NCBI RefSeq assembly: GCF_009914755.1
Contig: NC_060943.1
Strand: one strand, 5' to 3'
Length of the DNA stretch: 64,000 nt
From: the human T2T-CHM13v2.0 reference genome, Homo sapiens
Numbering within the stretch: position 1 is the first letter of the stretch; every line of letters starts with the position of its first letter. A model generated the notes under the pieces. It had not been told where the DNA came from. It made no database searches and saw only the letters and a list, made by a program, of their open reading frames with translations. The position numbers and the translations under genes are program-made. This document shows positions 1 through 21,609 of the stretch, piece by piece.

Positions 1-1
1 C

Positions 2-217
<216 letters not shown>

Positions 218-329
218 TCATTGGGACAGTCTATGGCAATGATTTTGAATTCATTGAGGGCACTGACTATAATGTATTCATCCATATATGCCTGATGGAT
301 AACACAGGAGCTGATCCACATCAACCCCT

Positions 330-1250
330 CTGACTTCATTTCCCATCACTCCCACCTCACTCACCTTGTCCCAACCAACACCAGCTGTCTTGCTGATACT
401 CAAAACACACCAGGCACATTCCTGCCTCAGGGCCTTTGCACTTGCTGTTCTCTCTGCTTGGAACTTCCTTTCCCAAGAACTTTGCATGGCTGGCTCATCC
501 TCTTCATTAAGCACTCAATTCAAATATCAGTTCACCAGATGAACCACCCCTAACCACCTTTTCTTAGGTTCTCCTGTTTCAGTCACGTTTTACCCCATCG
601 CAGTGTTATTGTCAATCTCACTGCCTCAAATTATTGTATTATCTATTTACTAGTATATTATCTGTTTTCCCTTATAAAATTTAAACTCCATGAGTGTAAA
701 GTCCTTGTCTGATTTGTTCTCTGCCTCCAAAGTGTTCAGTGATAAGTTGGTGAGGTGATGGGTATGTTAATTAGCTTGATTGAATCTTTCCATAATGTAC
801 ACATAGGTTGAAATATCACATTGTAGCCCATGAATATATACAATTGTTGTTTGTCAATTAAAGTCATTTTTAAAACTGCTTGATGAATCTCTGTTGAATG
901 ATTAATGAATGAACCTCATCCACTTCCATCCCTTCTATAACTATGTCTATGTAGCACTTACTGTGTGCCAAGCACTGTTCTAAGTAATTTGCATGTATTA
1001 ATTAATTTGATGCTAACAATCTCTCTGAGAGGTAGGTGATGCAATTATCATCCCCATTTCATAGTTGAAAAAAACTGAGGCACAAGATGTTGGTCCAGTA
1101 ACTGGTATACAAGCCAATGAAATCTGGATTTGGTATCAGAAGTGGGGTGCCGTTAAATGCACTAAGATTACAAAGCTGGTAAGACGTTGGGCCAGGATTT
1201 GAAGCCAGGCACTGTGGCTCCTGAGCCTACAGGCTTAGTCACTCTGTTCA
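330..1250. mobile_element. L2 and MIR fragments (similar L2/MIR pieces at ~9500-9720, 10020-10450, 13090-13300, 15130-15490, 27810-28000, 32760-33220, 40610-41270, 42320-42650)
   Basis: L2: cctcagggcctttgcacttgctgttc, gaatgaatgaa 3' ends. MIR: cccatttt...gaaactgaggcaca. Confidence 0.7.
737..872 (+). mobile_element. L1MA-like 3' terminal fragment
   Basis: gaggtgatgggtatgttaattagcttgatt...tgtcaattaaa. Similar fragments at ~26200-26850 (-) and ~53325-53460 (+). Confidence 0.75.
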
Positions 1251-1429
1251 ATTTCTCACAGTTCCCCAAACACTATTTCTACCCACTTTTAGTCTCTTCT
1301 GCTCTATTCCCCAATTTCTTATAGCCTCCTAGGCAACTCCACTTTGACTCTCCCCAAACTAGAAATCTCAGATTTCCCTTTGAACTCACCTGTTCTTTCA
1401 CTTCCTAGATGAAGTGGTACTTAACTTGT

Positions 1430-2240
<811 letters not shown>

Positions 2241-3758
2241 CCAGCCAATTAGCAAGTGAATCCTATTGATTCTCCTTCTAAAGTGTTTCTTAGATCCTCT
2301 CCCCACCTTTATTCCCAACACTGCTGTCCTAGTTCAGCTATCTCCTGACTCACTGGCATTGCCCCCCTCCACACCTCCCTCTTGCTCATCTTCCCCTCCC
2401 AGTTTTAAAAATCTATGACAAAATTAATAACTAGTATTTACACTGAGTTTTAGGGTTTACAGCAGATGTTACAAACTCAGAGCTCACAAATTACTTCCTT
2501 GATCTATCCACATCTTAAGATAAAAATATGTTCAGAACAAGTCAGGAGATTACATATAAAAGTGAAATTTTTGCTTTTTCTCAAAAACTCAGACGATTTA
2601 CCCGAGCTGAGCCTACATTCCTGCATGACAGCAATCAGCTTCTATTGAATAATGGTTATATCCTTCAGATGAGCCTGGAGCTATCTAGTTTGCCAAAGAC
2701 CTCACCACTCTCTAATGTCTCCCTGACATGGAAGCTGCCCCAGTCACCATTACCCACTTGGCCCCTGTAGACAATTGAGTTTAGCAACCCTGGATTTCAA
2801 AGTACCTTATTTGATCCTTATAAAAGCCCTGCAGAGTGTGTATGGTACAGATTCTTATCCTGTTTTACAGATGATGCAACTGAAAACTCATGAAAGTTAA
2901 ATAAAACACAGGGTCACGTAAGAGTAGAAAGAGCTGGCATTTTTCTCTCCAGACTCTGTACTTCCCACTGACCTGGACTCTTTTCAGAAATTACTTTGTA
3001 AAACACCATTATGATGTGTTGAAGTGCATGGTCTCCCATCAAAAGACCTCCGATGCTACTCAGGAGGCTGAGGTGGGAGGATCTCTTGAGTCTAGGAGTT
3101 CAAGACCAGCCTGGGCAACATAGTGAGACCCCGTCGCTCAAAAAATAAAATAAAATAATTAGCCAGGCATAGTGGTGTGCACCTGTAGTCCCAGCTACTT
3201 GGGAGGCTGAGGTGGGAGGATTACTTGAGCCCAGGAGTTCCAAGCTGCAATGAGCCATACACGATTGCACCACTGCACTCCAGCCAATGGTGGACAGACC
3301 TCCAATAGCCTGGTCAATGAAAATGGGATAAATCCCAAGCTTCCCAAGGTGATATCTGAGCTCCTTCAAACCTGGCAGCCTCCCTTGCAGCTTCTGCTTT
3401 CAAGTTTGACACGCCCCTTCTTTAAAGTCAGACTTTTGAATGTTCAATTATGCAAAGCCACCATGCTATAAGGAAGCTCAAGCTAGCCACATGGAGAGAA
3501 AGAATATACTGAAAAAGCTCATGTTTGGTGCAAACATGTGAGTGAAACCTCATGGACTGTCCAGCCCTGCCAGCCATCAACATAACGCAGCTAAATGAGA
3601 GACTGCATTATGTTGAGATTACAGCAGAACCACACTCCTGAGTTTGCAAACCCACCTTCTTATCTATTTGAGATACTCACGTGCTCAGACACAAAAACTA
3701 AAGATAAAGACGTGAGTAAGTAGATCAAACACACTGCAGGGAAGGTTAAAATATGTAG

Positions 3759-3777
3759 CTACCAGTAGGAGGCACTA
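3759..3777 (+). promoter_or_regulatory. CTCF-like motif
   Basis: CTACCAGTAGGAGGCACTA; core CCAGTAGGAGGCAC. Confidence 0.5.
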
Positions 3778-4489
3778 TCCCCAGAGCACTGATTGTCAGG
3801 AGGCATGGGAGGACCCAGGAAGGGACTTGGGTGGGTGGGGGAGCTCACTAGGGGCCTCCAGGCAACAGCTATTTACTAACTGGTGTGGAAATATTTTAAT
3901 ATTTTAACAATCAGCTGTGCCAATGTGTCTCAGCTGAATATCTGCCCTGAATACACAGAAAGGAGATTATTGAAGCCAAAAGAATAAGAATCCAAGCCGT
4001 GAATCATACTGCAATCATTCCGCCTTGGCTTAGAAATGGATTAGACACCATCATGTTTTTTCATTCCCCAGTGGATTTTAAATTTCCAAGTTGGTATAAA
4101 CCTGGGGGCCTCTGCTGAGTGTATCATAAGTAAAGTGGAACGTGATGACTCGCACACTGGCTAGAATCGCCTGGGAACTTTATTTTTATTTTATTTGTAT
4201 AGCAGCAGAGTCTTGCTCTGTTGCCCAGGCTGAAGGGCAGTGGCATGATCATAATTCACTGCAGTCTTGACCTCCTGGGCTCAAGCAATCCTCTTGCCTC
4301 AACCTCCCGAGTAGCTGGGACTACAGGTGCATGCCACCATGCCTGGCTAAATTTTAAACAAAATTTTTCGTAGAGATGGGATCTTGCTATATTGCCCAGG
4401 CTGGTCTCAAACTCCTGGCCTAAAGCCAGGAGCCAGGCCTCCCAAAAGCACTGGGATTGCAGGCATGAGCTACCATGCCCAGCCTACCA

Positions 4490-4800
4490 GGTAACTTGAA
4501 AAGTGCTAATGCCAGGACCCTACATCCAGAGTTGGATTTAATGGAGTAGGGCCTGGACATCATGATTTTTAAAACAGCCCAGATGATTGTGCAGCCAAGG
4601 TTGGGAACCACTGATGTAAAGCCATGCTTCTTAAAATGCGGTCCACAAACCAGCAGCAGCAGCATCACCTAGGAGCTTGGAGAAATGCAGAGTCTCAGGC
4701 TCTGCTGGGACCTACTGAATCAGCAACCCCAAGGTGAACCCAGAAATATCTGTGTTTTCACAAGCCCGAAGGGGGGTGCTGATGTGTGCTCAAGGACCAG
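4490..4800. mobile_element. MER5-type DNA transposon fragments
   Basis: gcagcagcatcacctaggagcttggagaaatgcagagtctcagg...cctactgaatcag. Confidence 0.7.
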
Positions 4801-5257
4801 AGAGCTGGCAGAATGAAAGATCCACTACCTGTTTCTCTTGCAAGACCGCCATGCCACATGGACGCAAGGTCAATGAAAACCCTCCAAAACTCCACTGTGC
4901 CATGAACATGCTGGGGTCTCCAAGTCCAGCACACAGGCTAATCTGGGGCTGGAGACTTTGTTTTTTGTTTTTGTTTTGAGATGGGGATCTCACTCTGTCA
5001 CGCAGGCTGGAGTGCAGTGCTATGATCACAGCTCACTGCAGCCTTGAACTCACAGGCTCAAGCGATCCTCCCACCTTCCCACCTTAGCCTCCCGAGTAGC
5101 TAGGACCACAGGCACGCACCACCACACCTGGCTAATTTTTTTTTTTTTTTTCTGTACAGATGGGGGTCTCACTATGTTGCCCAGGCTGGTCTCAAACTCC
5201 TGGCCTCAAGCAGTCCTCCCACCTCGGCCTCCCAAAGTGCTGAGATTACAGGCATGA

Positions 5258-5683
<426 letters not shown>

Positions 5684-6663
5684 TAGCCAGGATGGTCTCA
5701 ATCTCCTGACCATGTGATCCTGCCACCTTGGCCTCCCAAAGTGTTGGGATTACAGGCGTGAGCCACCGTGCCCCGCCAAGCGAACCTTTTTAAATGGGGA
5801 CACCCTCATTCTAAGGCAAGCACTGAAGAGTTCCAGAATGTTCCCGCAGGCCCACCCGCAGGACCAATGCACGGACTCCGTGCCACTTTGTGATGGATTG
5901 TAGTCATGCGTGTCTACTGAAAAGCCTTACATATTGTGCCTTGGGTGCTGCCCTGTGTTCCGAAGCTTGCTTCTAGGGCCTGTGCACTCAGCCGTGAACA
6001 TTTAAATGGCAGCTTTGAGACAAGGCCTCAGCTGTTCTCTGGTCCAGACATAAGAAGCCAGAGCTTTGAAAATGGACCCAGTTCGGCCAGGTGCAGTGGC
6101 TCACACCTGTAATCTCAGCACTTTGGGATGCCGAGGCAGGCAGATCACCTGAAGTCAGGAGTTTGAGACCAGCCTGGCCAACATGGTGAAACCGCACCTC
6201 TACTAAAAAATAAAAATTAAAAAATTAGCCAGGTGTGGTGGGCAGGTGCCTGTAATCCCAGCTACTCAGGAGGCTGAGGCATGGGAATCACTTGAACCCA
6301 GAGGTTGCAGTGAGCCGAGAAGTGCACCACTACACTTCAGCCTGGGGGATACAGTGAGAATCTGTCTCAAAAAAAAAAGAAACAAAGAAACAAAGAAAAT
6401 GGACCCAGTTAAACTTGTATGAATTTGAGAAAGTTTTTTTTAACCATTCTGGGCCCTAGTTTCCTAATTTAAAAAAGGGAAGAGGTGAGCCAGACACTGT
6501 GGCTCATTCCTATAATCCCAGCTACTTAGGAGGCTGAGGCAGGAGGATTGCTAAAGGCCAGGAGTTTGAGGCCAGCCTGGACAACATAGAAAGACCCCTG
6601 TCTCCACAAAAAAAAATTTAATTAGCTAGTGTGGTGGTGTCCACCTGTAGTCTCAGCTACTCA

Positions 6664-7190
<527 letters not shown>

Positions 7191-8613
7191 TAAAGATATG
7201 ATTTTCCAAGATTGTCCTAAAAATAAAAAAGAGAGTATGAGTGCCTATGGCACTGATTGGCATGTGGACAGGATAACGTGCTTCATAAATGTTAATAAGA
7301 AAAATAAATAGGCCTTCCTATTTGAGACTTAAGGGCGTTTGATATCACCATCTCTCCAGAAAGGACCATCTGAAACATCCTCTCTTAGTTCCCATTAACC
7401 TCTCACTGTGATTTATAGCAGAAGTTAGCAGTCAACGTCCTGCAGGCCAGATACAGCCCACTATCTGGTTCTTTACAGAAGTCTGCAAATCCTAGATTTA
7501 GAGGTCAGATTTTCATCTCTCAGCCACAAACACATTCCAACCTCATATCTTGCTTTCACCCAGCCTTTACTAACCACCTGCTATATGCTAGGCTCTGGTG
7601 AAACATAACCAATAAGATAAAGTCCATGCCCTTTTGGAGGTCACACCTCGGAGTATGGGTGGGAATTTGTTCATTTCACTTAATTTAACAGGCCTAACCA
7701 GGTGCAGTGGCTCATGCCTGTAATCTCAGCACTTTGGGGGGCCAAAGGTAGGCAGATTGCTTGAGGTCAGGAGTTTGAGACCAACCTGGCCAATATGGTG
7801 AAACCCTGTCTCTACTAAAAATACAAAAATTAGCCAGACATAGTGGTGGATGCCTGTAATCCTAGCTACTCTGGAGGCTGAGGCAGGAGAATGGCTTGAA
7901 CCCAGGAGTGGAGGCTGCAGTGAGCCAGGATCGCATCGCTGCACTCCAGCCTGGGCAATAGAGTGAGACTCCTTTCAAAATAATAATAATAATTATTATT
8001 ATTATTATTATTTAACTGGCCATTCCTGCTTATAATGTGAGATGCACTGTCCTAAGCATTTTTCAAATGCTTAATTCTTGTAATGACCCTATGAAGTGAC
8101 TGCTATTTTTTTCCTGCATTTTGCAGGCAAGGAAACAGAGGCTCAGAGAGGTGAAGTCACTTGTCCAAGGTCACACAGCAAATAGTTAGAACCAGGGTGT
8201 GAATCCAGCCAGACTAGCTCCAGAGCCAATAAGCTCCACAGTCTCCTTATTCAGAAGCCCTTGACCTAGCATACAGATGGAGGCACTACACATAAATATT
8301 GACCAGGCGGTGCCCAGACCACAGAAGGAAAAAAAAAGAAAGTGACTTATCCTTCAAGACACTGTTATTTGAACCTGGCCTTGTCAGTGCTCTCTCCCAG
8401 ACTTTCTGCACTAGGAACTGTTGTTATCTTCCTTCAGTGCTCAGAGAGGCTGTGGCAGTTGCCCAGGGTCGCCCAGCTCTAACAGGATGAGCTGGGATTT
8501 TCAAGGTGGCTCCTTTTGTCCCCAGATCTGTCTTTTGCAACATATGTGGGGCCCTCCAGAGGAATTTCACCAGGCAAGAATGGCCTTCTTGGATGGCAAA
8601 GGAATACATTTGA

Positions 8614-8979
<366 letters not shown>

Positions 8980-10476
8980 TGATCTGCCCTCCTCGGCCTC
9001 CCAAAATGCTGGGGATAATGGGATTGTTTTTTAAGTTCATTGTCACCATTAGATTTTGACCCAGCACTCATCTCTATGTGGACTTGGTCTTCATTTCTTC
9101 AATTGTGATCTGAGCATTACAAGACCTGCCCTCCCAAATGTCGTTTTCATGGTTGCAAGAGACAGAGGAGGTGAAAGGACCGTGAGAATTTGGAAATATC
9201 AGAAGGTGAGGTCTTATTTTATTTTAATCCCAGTTCGGTCTCTTTCAAGCTGGTTCTAGTGGCCAGGACTTAGAGAATGGGTTGTATGTGCCATGCTGGC
9301 CTTCAGGATTGTATAGATTTCATCCTAAGTTTGTTTGAGACTTCACACAACCAAGTTTGACAGACATCACGTGCTTTCTACCTGCAAAGCTCTGTGCAGA
9401 GCACTCCCATAGCTTCAAGGGTCAAATAAGCAAAGGGACTTGTCTTTGTAGAGTTTAGGACTTGAAGGGCAGGGAAAAGGTTAATGATCACAATTTCATT
9501 CATTCTCCCTTTCATTCATTCAGTCGTCCTTTCATTCATTCGTTCATTCGACTCTATGCCAGGCATTTCCAAGTTCAAGACCTTGAAAAGGCAGGAGTTA
9601 AGAACATGGGCTCTGGATTCTGACAGACCTGGGTTCCAAAGCTGGTTCTAACTTATTGGCTTCATTATTTAACCCCTCTGTGCCTCGGTTGCCTCCTCTG
9701 TAAAATGGGTACTGGGGTTAGTAACCCATGAGCTCATACCCAAAGCCCCTTGGCCTAGGGCTGGGCCCATGGCGGGTGTGGAATAAATGGGAACTGGTCT
9801 CTGTGTAGCTCATAGACATTGTACAGCTTCTGTTTGCATGTCTGCCTCCTCCTCCAGGCAGGCCCCCTTGAGTACAGTGCATAAATGTGGAACCAGAAGA
9901 TCCCCTGGGCAGAGAATGGAAAAGAAAATAGGGTTCACTTGCTCTAAGAGGCTTTCAGGTCTCAAAGCCAGAGCCACGAAGAGGTGATCCACATAGATGT
10001 TCAAGTTCACAGGGGTCCATCAGTTATTCACTCAACAAACATTGGTATCTATTATACTCTAGGCACTTTTCTAAGCACTAGAGACACGGTAGCAGAAAAG
10101 ACAGACCAGAAACAAACAGACAAACCTGCCCTTATGGAACTGACAATCCAATTTAGAAAGAAACACGTAATTTTATATAATGAGCAGAATGGCTCTGCAA
10201 AATGAACAGTCGCCCCAGGAGAGGGGCTCTACAGGAGAAGGTGACATTTGTGCTGAGACCACAGTGTGTGAAGGAGCCAGCCATGGGAAGAACATTCCAG
10301 GCAGGAGGAACAGCAAGTGCAAAGGCCTTGAAAATGCAGGGGACAGAAGGAAAGCCACCGGGACTCAACCAAAGTGAGGGCAATAATGATGGAATCATGG
10401 GCAGAGAGTCATGGGCAGAGCCCTGCACCAAGGCTCAAGCAGTTAAGGGAGCCTGGAGTGTGGACAGACGCCATCA

Positions 10477-10764
<288 letters not shown>

Positions 10765-11539
10765 CTATCTCAACAACAACAACAACAAAAATAACCCTGA
10801 GGTGTTGAAAAGATAGAATTTTGGAGTGACGGTGACAGAATAAAAGACAAGGATCAGTTTGGGCACAGTGGCTCGTGCCTGTAATTCCAGGGACTCTAAA
10901 AGCTGAAGGAGAGGCATCACTTGAGCTTAGGAGTTTGAGACCAGCCTGGGCAACATAGCAAGATTCAATCTCTACAAAAAATAAAGTAAAATAAAATAGC
11001 CAGGTGTGGTGCCACATGTCTGTAATCTTAGTTACTTGGGAGACTGAGTTGGGAGGACTGCTTGAACCTGAGAGTTTAAGAGTACAGTGAGCTATGATTG
11101 TACCACTGCACTCCTGCGTGGGTGACAGAGTGAGACCCTGTCAAAGAAGAAGAGGAAGAGAAAGAGGTAGAAGAAGAGGAGGAAGTGGAAGAGGAGGAAA
11201 GACAGGGATCAGCGGTAGGCAAGCAGAAGTATGCAGACCCCACAAGAAGAAAAGAGGGCCAGGCGTGGTGGCTCAGGTCTGTAATCCCAGCACTTTGGGA
11301 GGCTGAGGCAGGCGGATCACCTGAGGTCGGGAGTTCAAGACCAGCCTGACCAACATGGAGAAACCCCGTCTCTACTAAAAATACAAAATTAGCCAGGCGT
11401 GGTGGTGCATGCCTGTAATCCCATCTACTCAGGAGCTTGAGGCAGGAGAATTGCTTGAACCTGGGAGACAGAGGTTGCGGTGAGCCAAGATCACAACATT
11501 GCCCTATAGCCTGGGCAACAAGAGCAAAACTCTGTCTCA

Positions 11540-12079
<540 letters not shown>

Positions 12080-12639
12080 CTACCCAGACCTTCCATGGCT
12101 GCCAAAGCTGCTAATTCAAAGAACAAAAGAAGGGTCTCTCTGCACCAAAAGTCAGCCAGCTGCACTGAAAAAGAAGCTCCCTGGGACCAGACCTATTTTT
12201 TTTAAATATCAACTAGGCTAGAATTGGCCAGCCTGCCTCCCTTAAGAAAAGAAAGAAAGAGGCCGGGCGCAGTGGCTCACGCCTATAATCCCAGCACTTC
12301 GGGAGGCCGAGGCAGGTGGATGATTTGAGGTCATGAGTTTGAGACAAGCCTGGCCAACATGCTAAAGCCTCATCTCTACTAAAAATACAAAAATTAGCCA
12401 GGCATGGCAGCTAATCACAGTGGGTCCCTGTAATCCTAGCTACTTGGGAGGCTGAGGTGAGAATCACTTGAACCTGGGAGGCGGAGGTTGCAGTGAGCTG
12501 AGATCATGCCACTGCACTCCAGCCTGGACAACAGAGCAAGACTCCTGCTCAAAAAAATAAGTAAATAAAAAGAAGAAGAAGAGAAAAAAAAAAAAAGAAG
12601 AGAAAGAGAGCTCTGATTTCTAAGTAGGTTCTTTTTTAA

Positions 12640-12885
<246 letters not shown>

Positions 12886-12888
12886 TGA

Positions 12889-13044
<156 letters not shown>

Positions 13045-13627
13045 TGAGGCCTCAAAATGCTTAATGGCATACCCGCTACAGAAACAGAAAACTATTACCA
13101 AGTACTTACTATGTGGCTGCACTGTTCTAAATGCTTTCTATGTAATAATGCAGTGAACTTAATCTTTGTAAGAGCCCCAGAGATGGGTGCTATTGTTTTC
13201 CCCATTTGACAGAGAGGGAAACTGAGGCACCGAAAGGGAAAGGAACCCTCCTCCCCAGAATCAGTCAGCAAGTGGCAGAGTTGGGATTTGAACCCTGGAC
13301 GGGGCACTCAACCACACCCCAGATTGAAGCCAGGTAAGTCCCACACTTGACCTCAGGACCTGCTTGTAACCCATCAGACCTCAGGGAGCCCTGCAAAGCC
13401 CCGAGTCCGCCCCTGCCGCCCCAGTTGGTCTTTACCAAGCCCTTTGTGCATGAAAAAGCAATAGCCATATATGTAATGATTAGTTATCACATGATGGGAA
13501 TTCAATTATTGATTTGGGGCTGACTTCCATTTCTCAGAACAGGCAGAGAGGAAGCGGCAGGGAGGTGGGTACTCCGGAGAGCGAGCTGAGCGCTCTGCTG
13601 CCCGGCGCCTGCCAGGCTGGGGAGCCA

Positions 13628-13646
13628 TGGCGCCACCTGGTGGCCA
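13628..13646 (-). promoter_or_regulatory. CTCF binding motif (near-consensus)
   Basis: Minus strand reads TGGCCACCAGGTGGCGCCA versus consensus TGGCCACCAGGGGGCGCTA. Embedded in a small CpG-rich patch (13550-13740). Confidence 0.85.
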
Positions 13647-13739
13647 GTCTTAGCAGCGGCGGGCGACAGTGGGTGAACGCAGGGGAGACCCGCGCAGGCT
13701 GCTTTTTGAGCACAGTGTGTGTCAGGCGCTGTTCCAGCT

Positions 13740-13970
13740 CAGGGGTCCAAAAACCTCTTCGATAAAGGACCTCAGATGAAATGCTTCCGGCTCTGAGGGC
13801 TAGACAGTCTCTGTCCCAGAGACAGCTCTGCCGTTGTAACACAAAAGGAGCCACAGACAACATCAGCACAAATAGAAAAGGCTGTGTTCCAATAAAACTT
13901 TATGGACACCAAATTTTGAACGGCATACAACTTTCACCTATCAAGAATTATCCTTCTTTTTATTATACGA
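13740..13970 (+). mobile_element. MER58-type hAT DNA transposon
   Basis: ctctgccgttgt...ggctgtgttccaataaaactttatggacac. Confidence 0.75.
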
Positions 13971-13982
13971 CAACAAAAATTA

Positions 13983-14362
<380 letters not shown>

Positions 14363-14388
14363 TTAAGCGGGGCAGGGAACCAACATAA

Positions 14389-14673
<285 letters not shown>

Positions 14674-14780
14674 TAGGACTACAGGTCCCAGTACAGTCAA
14701 CGAGGGAGGAAGCCCCATATGTAACACATAGGATCTGGTTATGAGTGCTAGTGGGGAAAATTAAGCGGGGCAGGGAATAA

Positions 14781-15136
<356 letters not shown>

Positions 15137-16103
15137 TAGGGTGATGATGAAAAGTTTGATGAGGAGGAAACCTTTAATCAAAGGCTGGAAGGAGGCAAGG
15201 AAGAAGCCGTGTGGGTGCCGAGGAGAAGAGCATTCCTAGCAGAAGGAACAGCCAGTGCAAAGGCCCTGAGGCTGGACCACCCTGGTGCATTGGAGGAACA
15301 GTGATAAGGTTAGTATGGCTGCAGCACAGTGCACGAGGGAGAGAGAGGAGGGAGGTGAGGGCAGGGAGGTGACAGGGGCAGGGCCTTATGGGTCTTGGTG
15401 AGGACTTTGGCTTTTGCTATGAGTCAGGTGGGAGCCATGGAGGGTTCTGAGCAGAGGAGGGATATAATCTGACTTGTGTTAAAATATGATCTCTCTGGGG
15501 GGCTGAGCATGGTTGCTAACACCTATGATCTCAATGCTTTGGGAGGCCGAGGCAGGAGGATCACTTGAGGCCAGGAGTTTGAGACCAGCCTGGGCAACAT
15601 AGCAAGACCCTGCCTCTACAAAAAAATTTAAAAATTTTCCAGGAGTGGTGGCACGCACCTACGGTCCTGGCTGCTCAGGTGACCGAGGTGGGAGGATCAC
15701 TTGAGCCCAGGAGGTCAAGGCTGCAATCAGCCATCATTGCACCACTGCACTCCAGCCTGGGTGACAGAGTGAGACCCTGTCTCTAAAAATAAAATAAAAG
15801 TCTCACTTTGTGTGTCTCATTCTCTCAGCTCAGGCCTCGGGGACCAGGACAATTCAGGCCACCCATCCGATCCCTAGCTGGGAAAGTCACCCAGTCCTAG
15901 CTGGTGACCTGCAGTTTGGCTGAGCCTGGGTCCCCATATCCTATAAGTGGCCAGTTCTGGCCTGGAATTCAAGGTCACACCATCTCTCTCTTGGCTTGGC
16001 TCTCAAATGCCTCAGTAACCTGGAATTCACCTCTCCGGGTCTGTTCACCCATCTGCATAAGGGACAAAATAATAAGGGTACTACCGGTCATAACAAGTAA
16101 TCA

Positions 16104-16193
<90 letters not shown>

Positions 16194-16225
16194 CTAGCCA
16201 ACAGGGTGAAACCCCGTCTCTACTA

Positions 16226-16432
<207 letters not shown>

Positions 16433-17180
16433 CTAAGTAACCACAATAACAATAGCAACAAGAGCTGCCCTAGCTGTTTCAGGAGATCGTTGCGTGCATT
16501 TGATAAGATGTGCTGCAACGAAACACTTTGGAAAACAATAACCTGCACCACAATCTATTTATAACAATGGTGATGAGGACTAATCGAGTCAATGCATGTA
16601 AAGGTCTTGGAGCCGTGCCCCACAGATAGTAAGTGCTCCATCAACACTGGGTTTTTGTTTGGTTTTTGAGACAGAGTCTCACTTTGTCGCCCACGCTGGA
16701 GTACAGTGGTGCGATCTCGGCCCACGGCAACCTCCCCTCCTGGGTTCAGGCGATTCTCCTGCCTCACCCTCCGGAGTAGCTGGGACTACAGGCACGCACC
16801 ACCACACCCGGCTGATTTTTTTGTATTTTTAGTAGAGACGGGGTTTCACCATGTTGGCCAGGCTAGTCTCTAACTCTTGACCTCAAGCGATCCACCTGCC
16901 TTGGCCTCCCAAAGTGCTTGGATTACAGGCGTGAACCGCCATGCCCAGTCAATACTGGTTATTGCCAGGCACAGTGGCTCATGCCTATAATCCCAGATAG
17001 TCCAGAGGCTGAAGTGGAAGGATCGCTTGAGCCCGGGAGTTTGAGATCAGCCTGGGCAACATAGTGAGACCCCCATCTCAAAAAAAAAAAAAAAAAAAAA
17101 AAACACCTGGTTGGGCTGGGCGCCTGTGGAATTACGCGCCTGTAATCCCAGCACTTTGGGAGGCCAAGGCGGGTGGATCA

Positions 17181-17432
<252 letters not shown>

Positions 17433-17637
17433 TTATTATTATTATTATGGCCTAAGAAGTATTATTAATGATACTCATGGTAGTTCCCTTAACTCTCCTC
17501 TCTCTGCTCCCCATTCACACTAATGTTCTCTCTATTCTCTGATGAAGATGACGGTTCAGCAGCTCGCTGCTTACACCCAGGCAGCGTCAGCCTCACCTGG
17601 CAGCCTGTTAGAAAGAAATGCAAAATCCCAAGTCTTA

Positions 17638-17868
<231 letters not shown>

Positions 17869-18325
17869 TTAACTGATGGTTGACCCAAATCCACTTGACT
17901 GGCTGGCACTGGCTCTCATTCATTGTCAGTCAATGCTTTTACTCAAGAGATATTTTATGAGCACCTACTGGGTGCTGGCCTCAGTCTCTGGGGATACAGC
18001 TGTGAACAGGACAGACAAGCAACCTGATTGGGGATACTCCAGTGGGCAAGACAGACCACTAGAAATGAGATAAATAACAATTCCAGTGAATGGCAATGTA
18101 TTGCAGTCTGCTTAGACCTGCATGAGTGATTGATGGACTGGGATGTTGGCTGATAAAGTGGACACGTGGCTTTAAAAGATTCCTGCCTAGAAAGCAAATA
18201 TTGAGACCGGACGCAGTGGCTCACACCTGTAATCCCAACACATTGGGAGGCCAAGGTGGGCGGATCACTTGAGGCCAGGAGTTCAAGACCAGCCTAGCCA
18301 ACATGGTGAAACCCCGTCTCTGCTA

Positions 18326-18577
<252 letters not shown>

Positions 18578-18793
18578 TCATGAGAAGTAATCACGGTGGT
18601 GATCTAATTCAATCGCTATCAGAAGGTGGCCAGAAAACATTCAGAATTCTCATGAAGACAATCGGTGAGGTGAAATCACGTAAGCCTCACTGTGGCATGT
18701 ACCATGCCTGGGTGGGGTTCCTACTGGTGGACAAAACCACCACAGTTATAAAAATAAAGCTTCCAAACAGCAATGAAGAATGGAAGATGCTTA

Positions 18794-18922
<129 letters not shown>

Positions 18923-19219
18923 TTAGCCAGGTGTGGTGGTACACTCCTGTAGTCCTAGCTACTGGGGAGGCTAAGAAGGGAGGATCACATGAGCCCAGGG
19001 GTTCAAGGCTTCGCTGAGCTATGATTGCCCCCACTGGACTCCAGCCTGGGTAACAGAGGAAGATCCTGTCTCTAAATAATAATAACAATAACAATAATAA
19101 TAATAGGAGACATTCTACTGGATGATTTATCTGGTTTATTCTCAGAGTCAATAGGGTAGAAAATAGGGGATCAGAAAGAGACTGCTGTAGACTAAGTAAG
19201 ACATAGAAGACATGACTAC

Positions 19220-20530
<1,311 letters not shown>

Positions 20531-21192
20531 GAGAGAGAAACGATGAAATGCAACACACAAGCCTTCTTGATTCAAAAAACTCAACTGTAAAAAGATGAGC
20601 AAGGAAATCTGAATGTGGACCAGAAATTAGATATAAAAATCATGATTAATATTGTCAGTGTGATGTGATTAAGATGTGTCTGTGTGCTTTAGAGATGTAG
20701 TCTGAAGTTTGCAAAAATCACATAAGGTCAGGGATTTACTTTTAAACATCTCAGAAAGAGGATATGGATTTATGATGTGAGTCTGGCACAATCCTGATAA
20801 TTATTAAATTTTAATGGATACGAAAGTCTCACTGACCTCTTTTTCCTACTTTTAGTGTATTGGAACATCTTCAGAATAAAAAGCTCTCACAGAGCACGGT
20901 ATTCAAAAAGCGAAGGCAAACTTCTAAAACATAAGGGTAGAAGCGTGTTGTACTATTAAATCAAACTATTAAGCCATTTGGAAATATATATATCTTGTTG
21001 ATGTCTCATCCTTTTCACGTTTTTATTTTTATGTGTATTTTACAGTGCATATAACACATTTAGCAAAATATTTTTATAAATTATATATAACTAAAAATGC
21101 ATGGGCCGTGGCTACGCATTTCAGCTATGAGTGTGCTCAAAAATTGTTTTGCTGGCTGGGGTAGGAGTTCAGAAGTTTGGAGATCATGGCTA

Positions 21193-21339
<147 letters not shown>

Positions 21340-21342
21340 TTA

Positions 21343-21501
<159 letters not shown>

Positions 21502-21609
21502 TTAATTAATTAAAATTTGTAAAAATGAAAATAAATTAAAGAAACTTTTATGGGTTCTAGAAACCAAGGCAGACGTTAAAGGGAATAGGTGCTTTTCCTG
21601 GTTATTTAT

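Noticed and set aside
13331-13339. Perfect plus-strand donor CAG|GTAAGT (also donors near 48680 and 49016) suggesting an antisense transcript
   Set aside because: No convincing matching acceptor or exon chain found by eye; isolated 9-mers occur by chance.
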